Source: SAR324 cluster bacterium (GTDB lineage Bacteria > SAR324 > NAC60-12). From it: a stretch of 64,000 bases of DNA. The position numbers and the translations under genes were made by a program. Where the stretch lies: NCBI GenBank assembly GCA_015231825.1, contig JADGAV010000008.1, positions 78,515 through 142,514 of the forward strand. The letters are read 5' to 3'. Shown here piece after piece: positions 20,482 to 30,493 of the stretch. Every line of letters begins with the position of its first letter. The stretch's first letter is position 1. The notes below the pieces were generated by a model. That model ran no database searches and was not told the DNA's origin. It saw only the letters and a program-made list of their open reading frames with translations.

Positions 20482-22489
20482 TGTTTCTTTTCAATCGTTT
20501 TCTGATTTAAAATCTTTCCATATTCCAAAATTGCTCCTTCATCTAAAAAAACACGCATTTGTGTTTTTGAGCCTCGTAATTCTTTGGTTTTTTGACACTT
20601 TTTCTGGTCATATACTGCAAAACCAATGGAATCGTCTCTATTATTTCTCTACCATGATAGCCGGACTGAGTTTTGTCTGGAGTATCGTTTATGTGGGAGA
20701 AATGATCCGTCAGTTTCTGATTAAAAAAAGATTTTTAAAGCCGACTTTCCCTGGAATGGACTGGTCCATTTCAGGCCTTTTGGGACTGGCAGTATTCGGC
20801 AATACCGCTATTGTTTCAACGGTACTCGTCATCAATACACCAATAATTTATAAAATCTTTTTTACTTCCTCTGTAGCAGCTGCATCATTATATGTTGAAC
20901 CGCTTCGTCTCAGTCTTTCCTTTCGCAGGCTCTACCGGTTTTACCGTCAGCAAAGCTCTCACAAATGGATTTGGTGGATTCCCCTATTCGCTTTCGGGTC
21001 ACGTTATCTGGCAACCGTTCTTCCAATCAATGGGACGGAACAACTTCACAACACCCTTCCTTTCGCCAAATATGTTTTCCGTGGGATTGATTTCAACCAA
21101 TTCGATCTTGATACTCATTTTTTACTGTTGGGGACATACGAATCCTTCGGGGTTTTTATCCGTGCTTTTCTTTTAAACGACTTCAGTTATCATATAGTCT
21201 CCCAGCAGGTTACTTTCCTGTTTACTGTGGGCAGTATGCTTCTGTTTTTGGGAACGATCCCCTGGGTATTGCGCAAACTTCCTGCTTTGGCAGTGGGACT
21301 GGCTGCCTGGCCTGCCATGCTGAATTTTGCGTCCACTGATGCCATTGCATTCAAGCCCGATTGGATCGGAATTCTGGCAGCAGCTGCCGCAACCGTCGCT
21401 TTGCTGCGCCAGTATTTAAGCCCGAGTCCTTCTGTACAAAAAGCTTCAATGATTTCCGTTGTCATATTTTCCTCATTTGCAGTTACTGCGAAATTGACAG
21501 CTTTGCCTTATGTGATTTTTCTGCTGCCGAGCAGCCTCGTTTTATCCATGGTACAAAACAAAAAAGTACAATACTGGCATTGGATGATGCCGTTCTTGTT
21601 TCTTCTGCTTTGCTTGCCTTTTTTTGGTAAAAACACGATCTGGTTAGGCAACCCAGTTTTTCCGGGATTTCAACAAATCCTCCCAAAACCGGCACGATTG
21701 GCCGACACAACAAATTTCAATACCTTTCAGATCAATAAGAATACTCAAAAAAAACCTGAATTGATAGATTACCTGTCAGGATACCTGAGATTCTGGAAAC
21801 ACCACCCGGAGTTTTTGGTTTCAGTCTTTGTTTTACTGCTTTTGATCAAAAGAAAGAGGCGCAGCAAAGTTGCTCTTACCTGCCTTGCATTTCTATTTGT
21901 CTACCTGACACTCATGTCTTTTTATTTCTATCCTGGAATCTACCAACGCTATGTGGCATTTGCTTATATTTTTCTGCTCATTTTTACAGTCTTTGTTTTC
22001 ATGGAAATTGATCATTTTTCCCAATCAAAATGGAAAAATCGATTTGTCGGAGTTTTTATCTTTTTGATGCTGACTCATGCTCAAGTGGACGCGAATTTCC
22101 GCAAGGCACTGCCCGCCTGGGGGCAGGGGGTATCCCCAAAGGAATTTCGAATTTCCCAAGATTCAGTCGATCAGATCTATTTTGAAATCAATTCACGGTG
22201 CAGCCAGGTCGGACGCTTGTTCAACAACAAGTGGCGCAACTATTACTATGCTGATTTTGATGCAGTCAATTTGGAAGATCTGATGGGATGGGGGGCACTC
22301 TATAAATCAGATTTTTATGACAAATACAATGTCAACTTTGTAATCACTCCCGATGCAGGGCCAAAATACGATCATTTGAAAGAGTCGACAGAAGTGTGGT
22401 TTAAGGAAAATTTTTCCTTGGTCTATCGGGCAAAAGGAATTTTATTGTGGCAAAGAAACACTTTTAAAAACTGTCATCACCCCTTTTGA
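20417..22489 (+). CDS. Polytopic membrane protein, probable GT-C-fold glycosyltransferase
   Basis: More than 12 hydrophobic segments, KPD, AK.T, KN..W.GNPVFP, RY and a soluble C-terminal domain. True start is uncertain and probably downstream of 20481. Confidence 0.6.
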   Translation: MLLLKHPLTPPASLSIVFHQFNVSFQSFSDLKSFHIPKLLLHLKKHAFVFLSLVILWFFDTFSGHILQNQWNRLYYFSTMIAGLSFVWSIVYVGEMIRQFLIKKRFLKPTFPGMDWSISGLLGLAVFGNTAIVSTVLVINTPIIYKIFFTSSVAAASLYVEPLRLSLSFRRLYRFYRQQSSHKWIWWIPLFAFGSRYLATVLPINGTEQLHNTLPFAKYVFRGIDFNQFDLDTHFLLLGTYESFGVFIRAFLLNDFSYHIVSQQVTFLFTVGSMLLFLGTIPWVLRKLPALAVGLAAWPAMLNFASTDAIAFKPDWIGILAAAAATVALLRQYLSPSPSVQKASMISVVIFSSFAVTAKLTALPYVIFLLPSSLVLSMVQNKKVQYWHWMMPFLFLLLCLPFFGKNTIWLGNPVFPGFQQILPKPARLADTTNFNTFQINKNTQKKPELIDYLSGYLRFWKHHPEFLVSVFVLLLLIKRKRRSKVALTCLAFLFVYLTLMSFYFYPGIYQRYVAFAYIFLLIFTVFVFMEIDHFSQSKWKNRFVGVFIFLMLTHAQVDANFRKALPAWGQGVSPKEFRISQDSVDQIYFEINSRCSQVGRLFNNKWRNYYYADFDAVNLEDLMGWGALYKSDFYDKYNVNFVITPDAGPKYDHLKESTEVWFKENFSLVYRAKGILLWQRNTFKNCHHPF

Positions 22490-22699
22490 CAGATTCCAAG
22501 AATCATTCCCTGCCAGGCGTTATCAAAAATCCCACCTAAATAAAATGCTGTCCGGTGAGACTCGTTTCCAGAAACAATCAAATGGGTCAAAATTCCTGCT
22601 GAGAGGAAATTTTTTTAGGCTTTTTCCGTGTTATTTGGTAATGTGTTGCGTTGTGAGGTTCACTTTTCCCGAATGATTTCTTAATAAAATGAATAGCAA

Positions 22700-23827
22700 A
22701 TGTTTGATCGGCGCTTACTCTCTAATTTTGATTGGGTCTTATGTGGAATTGTCCTATTAATCTGTTTAATCGGGGTAATTGCCATCCATTCCGCGACAAT
22801 CGGTGCTCCGGAAATGGCGTTTTACAAAGTGCGGCAAATTTACTGGATTTTGCTCGGCAGCGGAGTGGCTCTCGCAACAACCTTAATTCACTACAGAACC
22901 TTGGCCCAATGGGGGTATTTTCTTCATTTCGGAGTCATAATATTACTGGTACTCGTGTTGTTATTCGGGGTTGGAGGACCCGGAACGCCGGTTAAACGAT
23001 GGCTCGCCGTCGGCCCCTTTTTCATACAGCCTTCAGAATTTGCAAAATACACTCTGATTTTAATTTTGGCCCACCACTTTCGGGAAAGACGATTCATTGG
23101 AAATTTGGGATTTCTTAAATTGATGTGGCCCACAATGATGGTCATGATTCCGTTTGTGCTCATTTTAAAGCAGCCGGACCTGGGAACAGCTCTTCTGCTG
23201 ATGATCGTGTTCGTTCCTATCATTTTTTTGGTCGGTATCCGCAAGGTGACCATGCTGCTGACGGCCTTCATCTCTGCAGTTCTGGCATTGGTCGCCTGGT
23301 ACGGAATTCCCTCACTCTTTGGTCCAATTTTAAAAAGCTATCAAAAAAACCGCATTCTGACCTTTATCAACCCCGACCTGGATCCCCTGGGAGCCGGTTA
23401 TCAGGTGATCCAATCAATGATCGCTATCGGTTCAGGGCAAATTTGGGGGAAAGGTTTTGAACAGGGAACTCAGGGGCAATTGAATTTTCTCCCTGCACAT
23501 CATACAGACTTTATATTTTCTGTTTTTTCAGAGGAATGGGGGTTCATCGGCGGTGTGACAATTTTGATGCTGTTTCTTTTTCTAATTCTCTGGGCTCTTT
23601 CCGGAGTATTAAAAACCAATGACCGTTCCAGCGCAATCCTGGTGGTCGGGATTGTTTCTGTGATCACCTCGCATGTGATGATCAATATTGGAATGGTTCT
23701 CGGTCTGATGCCCGTTGTTGGGGTGCCTCTTCCTTTTTTCAGTTACGGAGGTTCTTCAATGCTATCCATGATGTTCGGCATCGGACTGCTGCTGAACATC
23801 CGGATGCGTCGATTTCAAAATAAATAA
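22700..23827 (+). CDS. rodA: Rod shape-determining SEDS glycosyltransferase RodA
   Basis: RW....IQPSEFAK, QPDLGT, GYQVIQS.IAIGSG, LP..HTDFIFS, PVVGVPLPFFSYGGSS. Confidence 0.95.
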   Translation: MFDRRLLSNFDWVLCGIVLLICLIGVIAIHSATIGAPEMAFYKVRQIYWILLGSGVALATTLIHYRTLAQWGYFLHFGVIILLVLVLLFGVGGPGTPVKRWLAVGPFFIQPSEFAKYTLILILAHHFRERRFIGNLGFLKLMWPTMMVMIPFVLILKQPDLGTALLLMIVFVPIIFLVGIRKVTMLLTAFISAVLALVAWYGIPSLFGPILKSYQKNRILTFINPDLDPLGAGYQVIQSMIAIGSGQIWGKGFEQGTQGQLNFLPAHHTDFIFSVFSEEWGFIGGVTILMLFLFLILWALSGVLKTNDRSSAILVVGIVSVITSHVMINIGMVLGLMPVVGVPLPFFSYGGSSMLSMMFGIGLLLNIRMRRFQNK

Positions 23828-23833
23828 CATGTA

Positions 23834-24628
23834 TTGAAGAGCATGACAGCCATTATCACGCTCATTACCGATTTTGGAACACAGGACGGATATGTCGGAG
23901 CAATGAAGGGCGCCATCTCTTCCATTGCACCGGATTCGGGCATCATTGATATCACCCATGAGATTGCCCCTCAATCTATTCTCCAGGCTTCTTTTTGTTT
24001 AGCCCGCACTGCACCGCATTTTCCTCCAGATAGCATCCATCTTGTTGTGGTTGATCCCGGGGTCGGGTCGTTTCGCCCTGCAGTTTTGATTCGGGCAGAC
24101 AACCAATGGTTAATTGGGCCGGACAATGGAGTTTTTTCAATCCACCTGGAAAAGAATCCTCCAACTGAAATTTTTCATATTTTCCCGAAAACTGAAAATT
24201 GGCAATCACATTCCAGTTTTGATGGTCTGGCCTTGTTCTCTCCGGCGGCCGCCCATCTTGCATCGGGGATGGAGCTTTCTAAAATTGGACTTGCTGTTGA
24301 AAACTATCAAAAGCTGGCACTCCCTCTTCCGGTCAAAACTGCCAATGGGCTTGAAGGAGAAATTCTTATGTTTGACCGATTTGGAAATGCGATCACAAAT
24401 CTCTCGGAAAAAGATCTTGGCCCACTAAAGAAGGTACAAGTGGCCGCTTTTGGAAAGCATGAACTACGCTGTCCCCTGCTGTCCCACTATCAGGCGGGTG
24501 CCAATGTAAAATACCTTGCGATTATAAATAGCGACGGACTACTTGAATTGTCGGTTTTCTGCGGGTCAATTCAAAAGGAATGCGATTTGCTCATTGGGGA
24601 TATGATTCGAGTGATTGAACAGCCGTAA
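23834..24628 (+). CDS. DUF62 / SAM-dependent hydroxide- or halide-adenosyltransferase family protein
   Basis: ITDFG..DGYVGAMKG, DITHEI, VVDPGVGS.R, GPDNG, DRFGNAITN, NS.G.LE. Confidence 0.9.
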   Translation: MKSMTAIITLITDFGTQDGYVGAMKGAISSIAPDSGIIDITHEIAPQSILQASFCLARTAPHFPPDSIHLVVVDPGVGSFRPAVLIRADNQWLIGPDNGVFSIHLEKNPPTEIFHIFPKTENWQSHSSFDGLALFSPAAAHLASGMELSKIGLAVENYQKLALPLPVKTANGLEGEILMFDRFGNAITNLSEKDLGPLKKVQVAAFGKHELRCPLLSHYQAGANVKYLAIINSDGLLELSVFCGSIQKECDLLIGDMIRVIEQP

Positions 24629-24665
24629 GAAAGGAGGAAAAAAGCGTGGGGAGAATGGGAGTGTT

Positions 24666-24694
24666 TTGCTCCCCAATATAGGGCTGGGGAGCAA
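24666..24694. terminator. Hairpin between the convergent DUF62 gene and flgE
   Basis: TTGCTCCCCA / TGGGGAGCAA 10-bp stem. Confidence 0.6.
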
Positions 24695-24703
24695 TGTTTC
24701 ATA

Positions 24704-26182
24704 TTAACGTTTCATCTGAACCAGGGCTTCCACCATTTCATCAGAGACTGTTACTGTTTTTGCATTGGCTTGAAATGCCCTCTGCGTTTCCACCATTTTT
24801 ACAAATTCTTTAGAAAGATCAACATTGGACTGTTCCAAAGCCTGACTACGAATCGTTCCAAACCCTCCAACACCCGGATTACCAACCACTGCTTTCCCGG
24901 CAAGGAGAGAACGATTGAAAAGATTGTCTCCCGCTTTGATTAGCTGTTCCGGATTATCAAATTTTGTCAGGACCATTTTTCCTAGTTGTCGGGTGTGACC
25001 ACTATCAAAAACCCCTGTAATTATTCCATCCGTTCCTGTGACTATATCTTCTAGTGTACCGCTCGGGTGGCCGTCCGCTGCAACATCAAGCACTTTGGAT
25101 GCCGAAGCAAATTGCGTGACTCCTTCTAACCCAGAACGTTCATCTGTCGGATCATCAGGATTTGAGCCGATTCCTAAATTGATGCCAATTACCTGAGGTG
25201 TATCTCCGCCGAAGTCCACCACGATTTGCGGCAAACCCGTTGTCGGGTTCACGGGAGCAGGCTGCAGAATAGGCGGACCCGCCGGAAGCGGCTGTTGCGT
25301 GACAGGATCCACACCACCCGGTTGTGCAACAAAGGTTCCTCCGGTAGCCTGGAGCAACCGCCCGTCATCATCAAACTGCATAAATCCTCCACCTTGGGCA
25401 ATCAACTGCCCTGGCCTTTGTCCAATGTCAGCACCATCAAATACCGTGTACCATTCCCACTGGTTCTTGATGCCGGGAATGATCTGTCCGGTAGTCGGAT
25501 CAGTTTGAGGAGGCACTTCAGGCCTTCGGCGAAAAACTACGGTTGCGGTGTGTTCATCCCCCAAATCATCAAAAACAGTCATTGATGTGGAAAAATTATA
25601 CATCGTGACTTTGACGTTTGTGGGATCAAAGGGAGTTTCCCGGACAGGAGAATTGGAATCAAGATTGGCTACGATTTTAATTCCGGAACCCAACTCACCG
25701 TCGCCTGTTCGAACCGGAGGATCAACGGTTCCCAGAACCTTCAGTTTATGAGGAAAGCCAACCGCATCACCAGACTGAGGATCAATATCTTTTACCTGGA
25801 CATACAATCCCCGGTCTGTGGTGAGCATTCCATCGGCATCAAACGAAAAATTGCCGGCGCGGGTATAAAAGACTTTGTCAAACTTATCCTTGACAGTGAA
25901 AAATCCGGTCCCGTTGATTGCCATGTCCGTCTGCTTTTCGGTCTGTTCAAATGACCCTTGGGCAAAATTGGCATTCACACTGGCAATACCAACCCCCTGG
26001 CTGAGTTTTGTCGGTCCAATTCCTTGAGAAAAATTTGATGCGAGCACATCTTCAAATGAAACCCGACTGGTTTTGTATCCAACCGTGTTCACATTGGCAA
26101 TATTACTACCAATCACAGTCATCGCCTTCCCCATGGTTTTAACACCACTGGAACCGGCATTTAATGATCCGAGCAAACTCAT
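24704..26182 (-). CDS. flgE: Flagellar hook protein FlgE
   Basis: SNIANVNTVGYK, D.AI.G.GFF, YTRAGNF, LEQSNVDLS.EF..M...QRAFQANAK. Confidence 0.95.
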   Translation of the reverse strand: MSLLGSLNAGSSGVKTMGKAMTVIGSNIANVNTVGYKTSRVSFEDVLASNFSQGIGPTKLSQGVGIASVNANFAQGSFEQTEKQTDMAINGTGFFTVKDKFDKVFYTRAGNFSFDADGMLTTDRGLYVQVKDIDPQSGDAVGFPHKLKVLGTVDPPVRTGDGELGSGIKIVANLDSNSPVRETPFDPTNVKVTMYNFSTSMTVFDDLGDEHTATVVFRRRPEVPPQTDPTTGQIIPGIKNQWEWYTVFDGADIGQRPGQLIAQGGGFMQFDDDGRLLQATGGTFVAQPGGVDPVTQQPLPAGPPILQPAPVNPTTGLPQIVVDFGGDTPQVIGINLGIGSNPDDPTDERSGLEGVTQFASASKVLDVAADGHPSGTLEDIVTGTDGIITGVFDSGHTRQLGKMVLTKFDNPEQLIKAGDNLFNRSLLAGKAVVGNPGVGGFGTIRSQALEQSNVDLSKEFVKMVETQRAFQANAKTVTVSDEMVEALVQMKR

Positions 26183-26307
26183 ATTAGTCTCCTTTGCAAG
26201 CTATTCATTAGCATTCATCCAAGCTCCTGTTTGCACAGGATGGCTCCGTCATCCTTGAAGAAGTTTCATCTGTCACTGAATCAGAACGACATTGCTGATT
26301 AAAAAAA

Positions 26308-27096
26308 TTAAGGCGCTTTGACCCCGGCCTTCAGGGGTTGCAATATTGGCTGTTTGGGCTGTATTGATTTTTTAATTGGGAGAGGCAGTGCGTCATCGAA
26401 TCGTTTTCCCGAGATTTCATTCACTCCTTTAACCTTCGTTAACGGAATTTGCTCTCCATTGACAACTCCCATCGCCTGTCCGTTTTCAAAACTGACGCTG
26501 GAAACTCGACCTTTCTTGAATTGGCTCACGTTGATCGATTCCCCGTCTTCAGTAGTCGCAACAACTCTGTACTGGTAAATTCCATTGGAAACTTGATCGC
26601 CATCATTGTCGGTACCATCCCAGGTGAAACTATGCATTCCGGCTTGCTGGCTTTCTAATTTGATCACCCGGATCGGCTCACCTTCTTCATTGATAATATG
26701 TGCATAAACTTTGTCCGCAGGCCCTTCAAGCGAGTAGGAAGCTGGAGGCACATTGCCTTCTCGAACATCAAGGGTATTGGTGCCAATCTCCACATCCTTA
26801 TCAAGATAGGAAAAGGCACTGGCGCGTGCAATCCCTTCCTGGGTGCTGACGACCTTTCCAAGCTGAGCATTAACTCCCTGCAACTGTTCAACTGTTCCGA
26901 GAGCCGCCATCTGCTGCATCATCTGATCAGAATCCATCGGATCGAGTGGGTCCTGGTTGGCCATTTGGACCATCATCAAGTTTAAAAAATCTTCTTTTCC
27001 AAGCTGTTTCCCGTTGCCGGTCCCCTGGGTCTTGGAGGAGGCATTTCTCAACGAAGCGCCTGCCTGATTGACTGCCTGATCCACTGCTAATGTCAC
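26308..27096 (-). CDS. flgD: Flagellar hook capping protein FlgD
   Basis: LGKEDFL.L...QM.NQDPLDPMD and FTWDG; GTG start after AAGGAGG. Confidence 0.95.
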   Translation of the reverse strand: MTLAVDQAVNQAGASLRNASSKTQGTGNGKQLGKEDFLNLMMVQMANQDPLDPMDSDQMMQQMAALGTVEQLQGVNAQLGKVVSTQEGIARASAFSYLDKDVEIGTNTLDVREGNVPPASYSLEGPADKVYAHIINEEGEPIRVIKLESQQAGMHSFTWDGTDNDGDQVSNGIYQYRVVATTEDGESINVSQFKKGRVSSVSFENGQAMGVVNGEQIPLTKVKGVNEISGKRFDDALPLPIKKSIQPKQPILQPLKAGVKAP

Positions 27097-27120
27097 AACA
27101 TCCTCCTTAGCTGTTTGGTC

Positions 27121-28713
27121 CTACGCGTAAATATTCAATCCCGAATTAAATCCTGCCTTTTTGTATTGTTGAGAAACCGGGACTTTTGCCTCTACCACCT
27201 CTTTTTGCCTGTTTCCAATGTAATCGTCTTCAAAGCCCCCTTGCTCCGGTGCCTGGTCTGATCTTGAAAAGGACTGCTGCTCAACATCCACAGAAAATTG
27301 CATCTGGTCAAATGATCCGTTGTCCTGTTCAAGAAAACGGGCGCGGAGTTCCGGAAGACTCGCTTCAAGCATCTGCTTGGCTTCCATACTGCCGACAATC
27401 ATGTGAACTGCCATGGTGTTTTCTTCCTGATGAAATTTCATCGTCACTTCGCCAAGTTCCCTGGGGGTCAATTGCAAAGTCATTTCTTTGATGCCATTGT
27501 CTTTGAAATTGACCTTGCTCATAATCTGATCCAGATTGGTATTCACATCTTTTGAAAAACTGCGAGAAGAGGTGCTTTCTGCGAGGATCGGACGATTGTT
27601 TTCTTTGGATGCAGAAGTTTCAGTTCGGTCGCCGAGTTCCTTCAACACCTGATCAAAACCTGTGTCTCCTTCGGGTAAGGAATCTAAATCTTGTACGATC
27701 TCTTCCTGATCAGTTTTCACAAAAACTTCGGAAAGTTCAGGAGTATTTCTAGGAATGGGTCTTTTGGAAGAAGAATTTTTGACGGTAAAATCGTTGGCAT
27801 TTCCTGTCGGGTTCACAGCCTGATCAAAATTGATGTTATCGGTAAAGTTCCCCAATGCCTGTGGTCCTTTCGACTGGAGACTTTCTTCTGCTGTGATGGT
27901 GCGAAACTGCTGCATCAACTGACGCTTTGCGGTGCTCTCTTCCGGCTGAACTTCATCATTGTATATCAATGTGCCAGTTGAGATTGCGGCTGCACCTTTC
28001 GTTTTGGGATCGTTTAAGCTGTTTTTTTCCAAGTCCAATCGAACACTGGCTTGATCCAATTGTTCATCAATCGAAACTTCGCTGCGTTCAAATGTGTTTG
28101 CAGATACATTCTTGGTTTGAATTCGAGGATCAGCAGAGACTGGAATTTGCTCCGCATGCTCTCCCTCGATTGAGGCAATTCCTTCTGTATTATTGGATTG
28201 AACCGGATGCAACACCGATTTCACATTTGAAATTGATGGAACCTCAAAGTTCTCAGCTTCGGAAAGATTCTCAGGCATAACAGAAGACAGTTCTTTTGCA
28301 TGAGCCGATGGTGTTTGTCCCATATTGGCTACCTGTTCTTTCAACTGTGCCACATTGTCTTCCAATGGCAAAAGTTGGGTTTTTGTCTGATCCGTGGTCA
28401 GATTGACCGGTGCCGTTTTGAGGGTTGCTTCTTCTGACTGAAGCTTGAGTTCCCCAGAAACTGCCGGGAGCGACGCCAGAAGAATTTCACCATTCCCTGC
28501 GGCGTTTTCCCCCTTTTCCAATTCATCCTGGCTGATTTTATCATCGGACATCAGTAGAAGGGGGACTTCAAATTTTCCCTCTCCCTCCATTGTACTCAAA
28601 GTATTTTCAAATGACGCTCCCTGGCCAAAGGGAAGTTTAGCCGCAGAACCTTCTGAGCCTTGCAGTTCTTCAATTCCCTGGATGTTCATTGGGGCGGATG
28701 GATTGATGATCAT
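27121..28713 (-). CDS. fliK: Flagellar hook-length control protein FliK
   Basis: Low-complexity N-terminus, C-terminal LQLTPRELGEV..LE.SLPELR domain, and position upstream of flgD. Confidence 0.88.
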   Translation of the reverse strand: MIINPSAPMNIQGIEELQGSEGSAAKLPFGQGASFENTLSTMEGEGKFEVPLLLMSDDKISQDELEKGENAAGNGEILLASLPAVSGELKLQSEEATLKTAPVNLTTDQTKTQLLPLEDNVAQLKEQVANMGQTPSAHAKELSSVMPENLSEAENFEVPSISNVKSVLHPVQSNNTEGIASIEGEHAEQIPVSADPRIQTKNVSANTFERSEVSIDEQLDQASVRLDLEKNSLNDPKTKGAAAISTGTLIYNDEVQPEESTAKRQLMQQFRTITAEESLQSKGPQALGNFTDNINFDQAVNPTGNANDFTVKNSSSKRPIPRNTPELSEVFVKTDQEEIVQDLDSLPEGDTGFDQVLKELGDRTETSASKENNRPILAESTSSRSFSKDVNTNLDQIMSKVNFKDNGIKEMTLQLTPRELGEVTMKFHQEENTMAVHMIVGSMEAKQMLEASLPELRARFLEQDNGSFDQMQFSVDVEQQSFSRSDQAPEQGGFEDDYIGNRQKEVVEAKVPVSQQYKKAGFNSGLNIYA

Positions 28714-28755
28714 AGTAATTCTCCATTCCTAAAGTGATACCGAGATGGGTCGGTG

Positions 28756-29376
28756 TTATTTTTTACGTGCAATTTCTTCAACCAAACGTGCTGATTTTTC
28801 GGGAGCCATTTCTGCTAAAACAGCAGAGGCCTGTTTGTCTTTAATATTCAGTAAAATCTGGACTGCAATTTTTGTATTCAACTGTTCGATCGATTTAGCT
28901 GCCTTGGCGGGCTCCATTTTTTCATAAAATTTGACCGTCAACAGCAGTTGATCGCTATCTTGCTTTTTCTTTGTGTCGATATCTTTTTCGATTTCCTGCT
29001 GCAGCTTTTCCAAACGGGCGATCTGCCCTTGAAGATCCCCCTCCAAGGTCTTCAATTGCCCTTCTCTGCGATTTAACGCCTTTTCTTTTGCGATCAGGAG
29101 CTGATTCTTTTCGCGAAGCCTTTTCAGTACCAGTTTTTCATTTTCAGTCAGCGGTTGCTCTTTGGCCTTCTGTTCTTTCTGCGTATCCGGTTTCTGTTCC
29201 CCTGCACAAATATTGAGACCTTGATTTTTACAAAAATTCTCAACAAATGAAGGCAAGGGGATTGCCGCTGCATATGCAAAGTTAGCAAGTAACATGCCGC
29301 ATAGCATCAGGAGAAAGTTTGATTTAAGCAATTTAATCAATAATTTCAATATCATAAATAAACCTCTCGACAACAA
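28756..29376 (-). CDS. MotE/MgtE_N-like flagellar accessory protein
   Basis: Signal/TM segment, coiled coil, then YEKMEPAKAA..A..IL..I...QAS.VLAEMAPEKSA; lies between fliJ and fliK. Confidence 0.8.
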   Translation of the reverse strand: MLSRGLFMILKLLIKLLKSNFLLMLCGMLLANFAYAAAIPLPSFVENFCKNQGLNICAGEQKPDTQKEQKAKEQPLTENEKLVLKRLREKNQLLIAKEKALNRREGQLKTLEGDLQGQIARLEKLQQEIEKDIDTKKKQDSDQLLLTVKFYEKMEPAKAAKSIEQLNTKIAVQILLNIKDKQASAVLAEMAPEKSARLVEEIARKK

Positions 29377-29418
29377 AAGTATGAATTATTGTAAAAAAAG
29401 TGGGAAAATGTTTCACTC

Positions 29419-29856
29419 TCATTTTTGACTTAACAAAAAGTTCTGGGCAATTTCATCCATTTCGGTTCTTTCTGTTCGCTCCTGCTTTTCACGAGCACGT
29501 GTCAGTTCTTTTTCTTTGAGAATTTCAAGGGCTCTTCGATCCTGGGTTGCCTTGAGCAGATTTTTTTGATTGACTTCAAGCAGTTCGTTTTGCTCCACAA
29601 GCTGCTGTTCCAATACTTCGGTTTGCTGTGCAATTCTTTTTTTAAACTGATCATGAAACTGAAGATGCCCAATTGTAAATCCTCGATTTTTCATTTGATT
29701 CACTTCATGTCTGCTCTGCTGCAGTTCTGAATCACAGGCATCAATCCGGCTCTTAATTTCCTGTGCAATTTGAAGCTGTTCGGCAAATTCTTTTTGTTTG
29801 AGTTTTTCGATGCGCTCGCGAACATCCAGTGCGGTTTGTAAGCTAAATTTTGGCAT
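29419..29856 (-). CDS. fliJ: Flagellar export protein FliJ
   Basis: F.LQ..L.VR..IE, L..A.Q.R.ALE.LKEK, E...MDE.A; 145-aa coiled coil. Confidence 0.9.
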   Translation of the reverse strand: MPKFSLQTALDVRERIEKLKQKEFAEQLQIAQEIKSRIDACDSELQQSRHEVNQMKNRGFTIGHLQFHDQFKKRIAQQTEVLEQQLVEQNELLEVNQKNLLKATQDRRALEILKEKELTRAREKQERTERTEMDEIAQNFLLSQK

Positions 29857-29921
29857 AGATCAGAAATCTTCAGCTTCTTTATGATTTGTCATGCAGGTCT
29901 TAGAAGGACAATGAGTGATAT

Positions 29922-29936
29922 CCAAGTTGCATGCCT
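29922..29936 (-). promoter_or_regulatory. Possible sigma54-like promoter for the fliJ operon
   Basis: Minus strand AGGCATG-CAAC-TTGG versus consensus TGGCACG-N4-TTGC; the -12 C is mismatched. Confidence 0.3.
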
Positions 29937-30107
29937 ATCATCATTGAGGATGAAATAAATTGCAGTATCCACTTCTTGGGCTGGCAGCCCTCCGGGGAAA
30001 TTAGTCCAGTGAAAATGGGATATTTCGATGGAAAGTTTTTTGGGATTGAGCTATCAATACTTCTGTTGAAAAATCATTTCTTACTCACTCTTTTAACGAT
30101 TGGAATC

Positions 30108-30443
30108 ATGAATCTTGAAGAAAAAGTTATCAGCGGAGACACGTTGATTATCACTGTGGATGGTGACCTGGCTACCTATGCAGAAATAGACCAACTCCGT
30201 AAGGTGCTGACCTCACGTGGACAAAAAAACATGATCATCAATTTGAAGCTGGTCTCCCTGTTGAGTTCCCTCGCTATTGCAATGATGATTATGGGATTTA
30301 AGCAAAGTGATGCCCGGCAAGGAAAATTCATCCTTTGCCATGCACCGAATGATGTTTTGGAAAGTTTGAAAAATATGGGACTCTTCGAGGTTCTTACCTT
30401 TGCCGATACGGAAAAGGATGCCCTGGATCTTCTCGAAAATTAA
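30108..30443 (+). CDS. STAS-domain protein (anti-sigma factor antagonist-like)
   Basis: ITVDGDL, IINLKLV..LSS.AI, V.ESL..MGL, TEKDAL; ATG 30108 gives typical STAS length. Confidence 0.85.
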   Translation: MNLEEKVISGDTLIITVDGDLATYAEIDQLRKVLTSRGQKNMIINLKLVSLLSSLAIAMMIMGFKQSDARQGKFILCHAPNDVLESLKNMGLFEVLTFADTEKDALDLLEN

Positions 30444-30493
30444 AATCAATTGATTCTAGAAAACTCTGCTTTTCGCACAAATAAGGAACTTCA

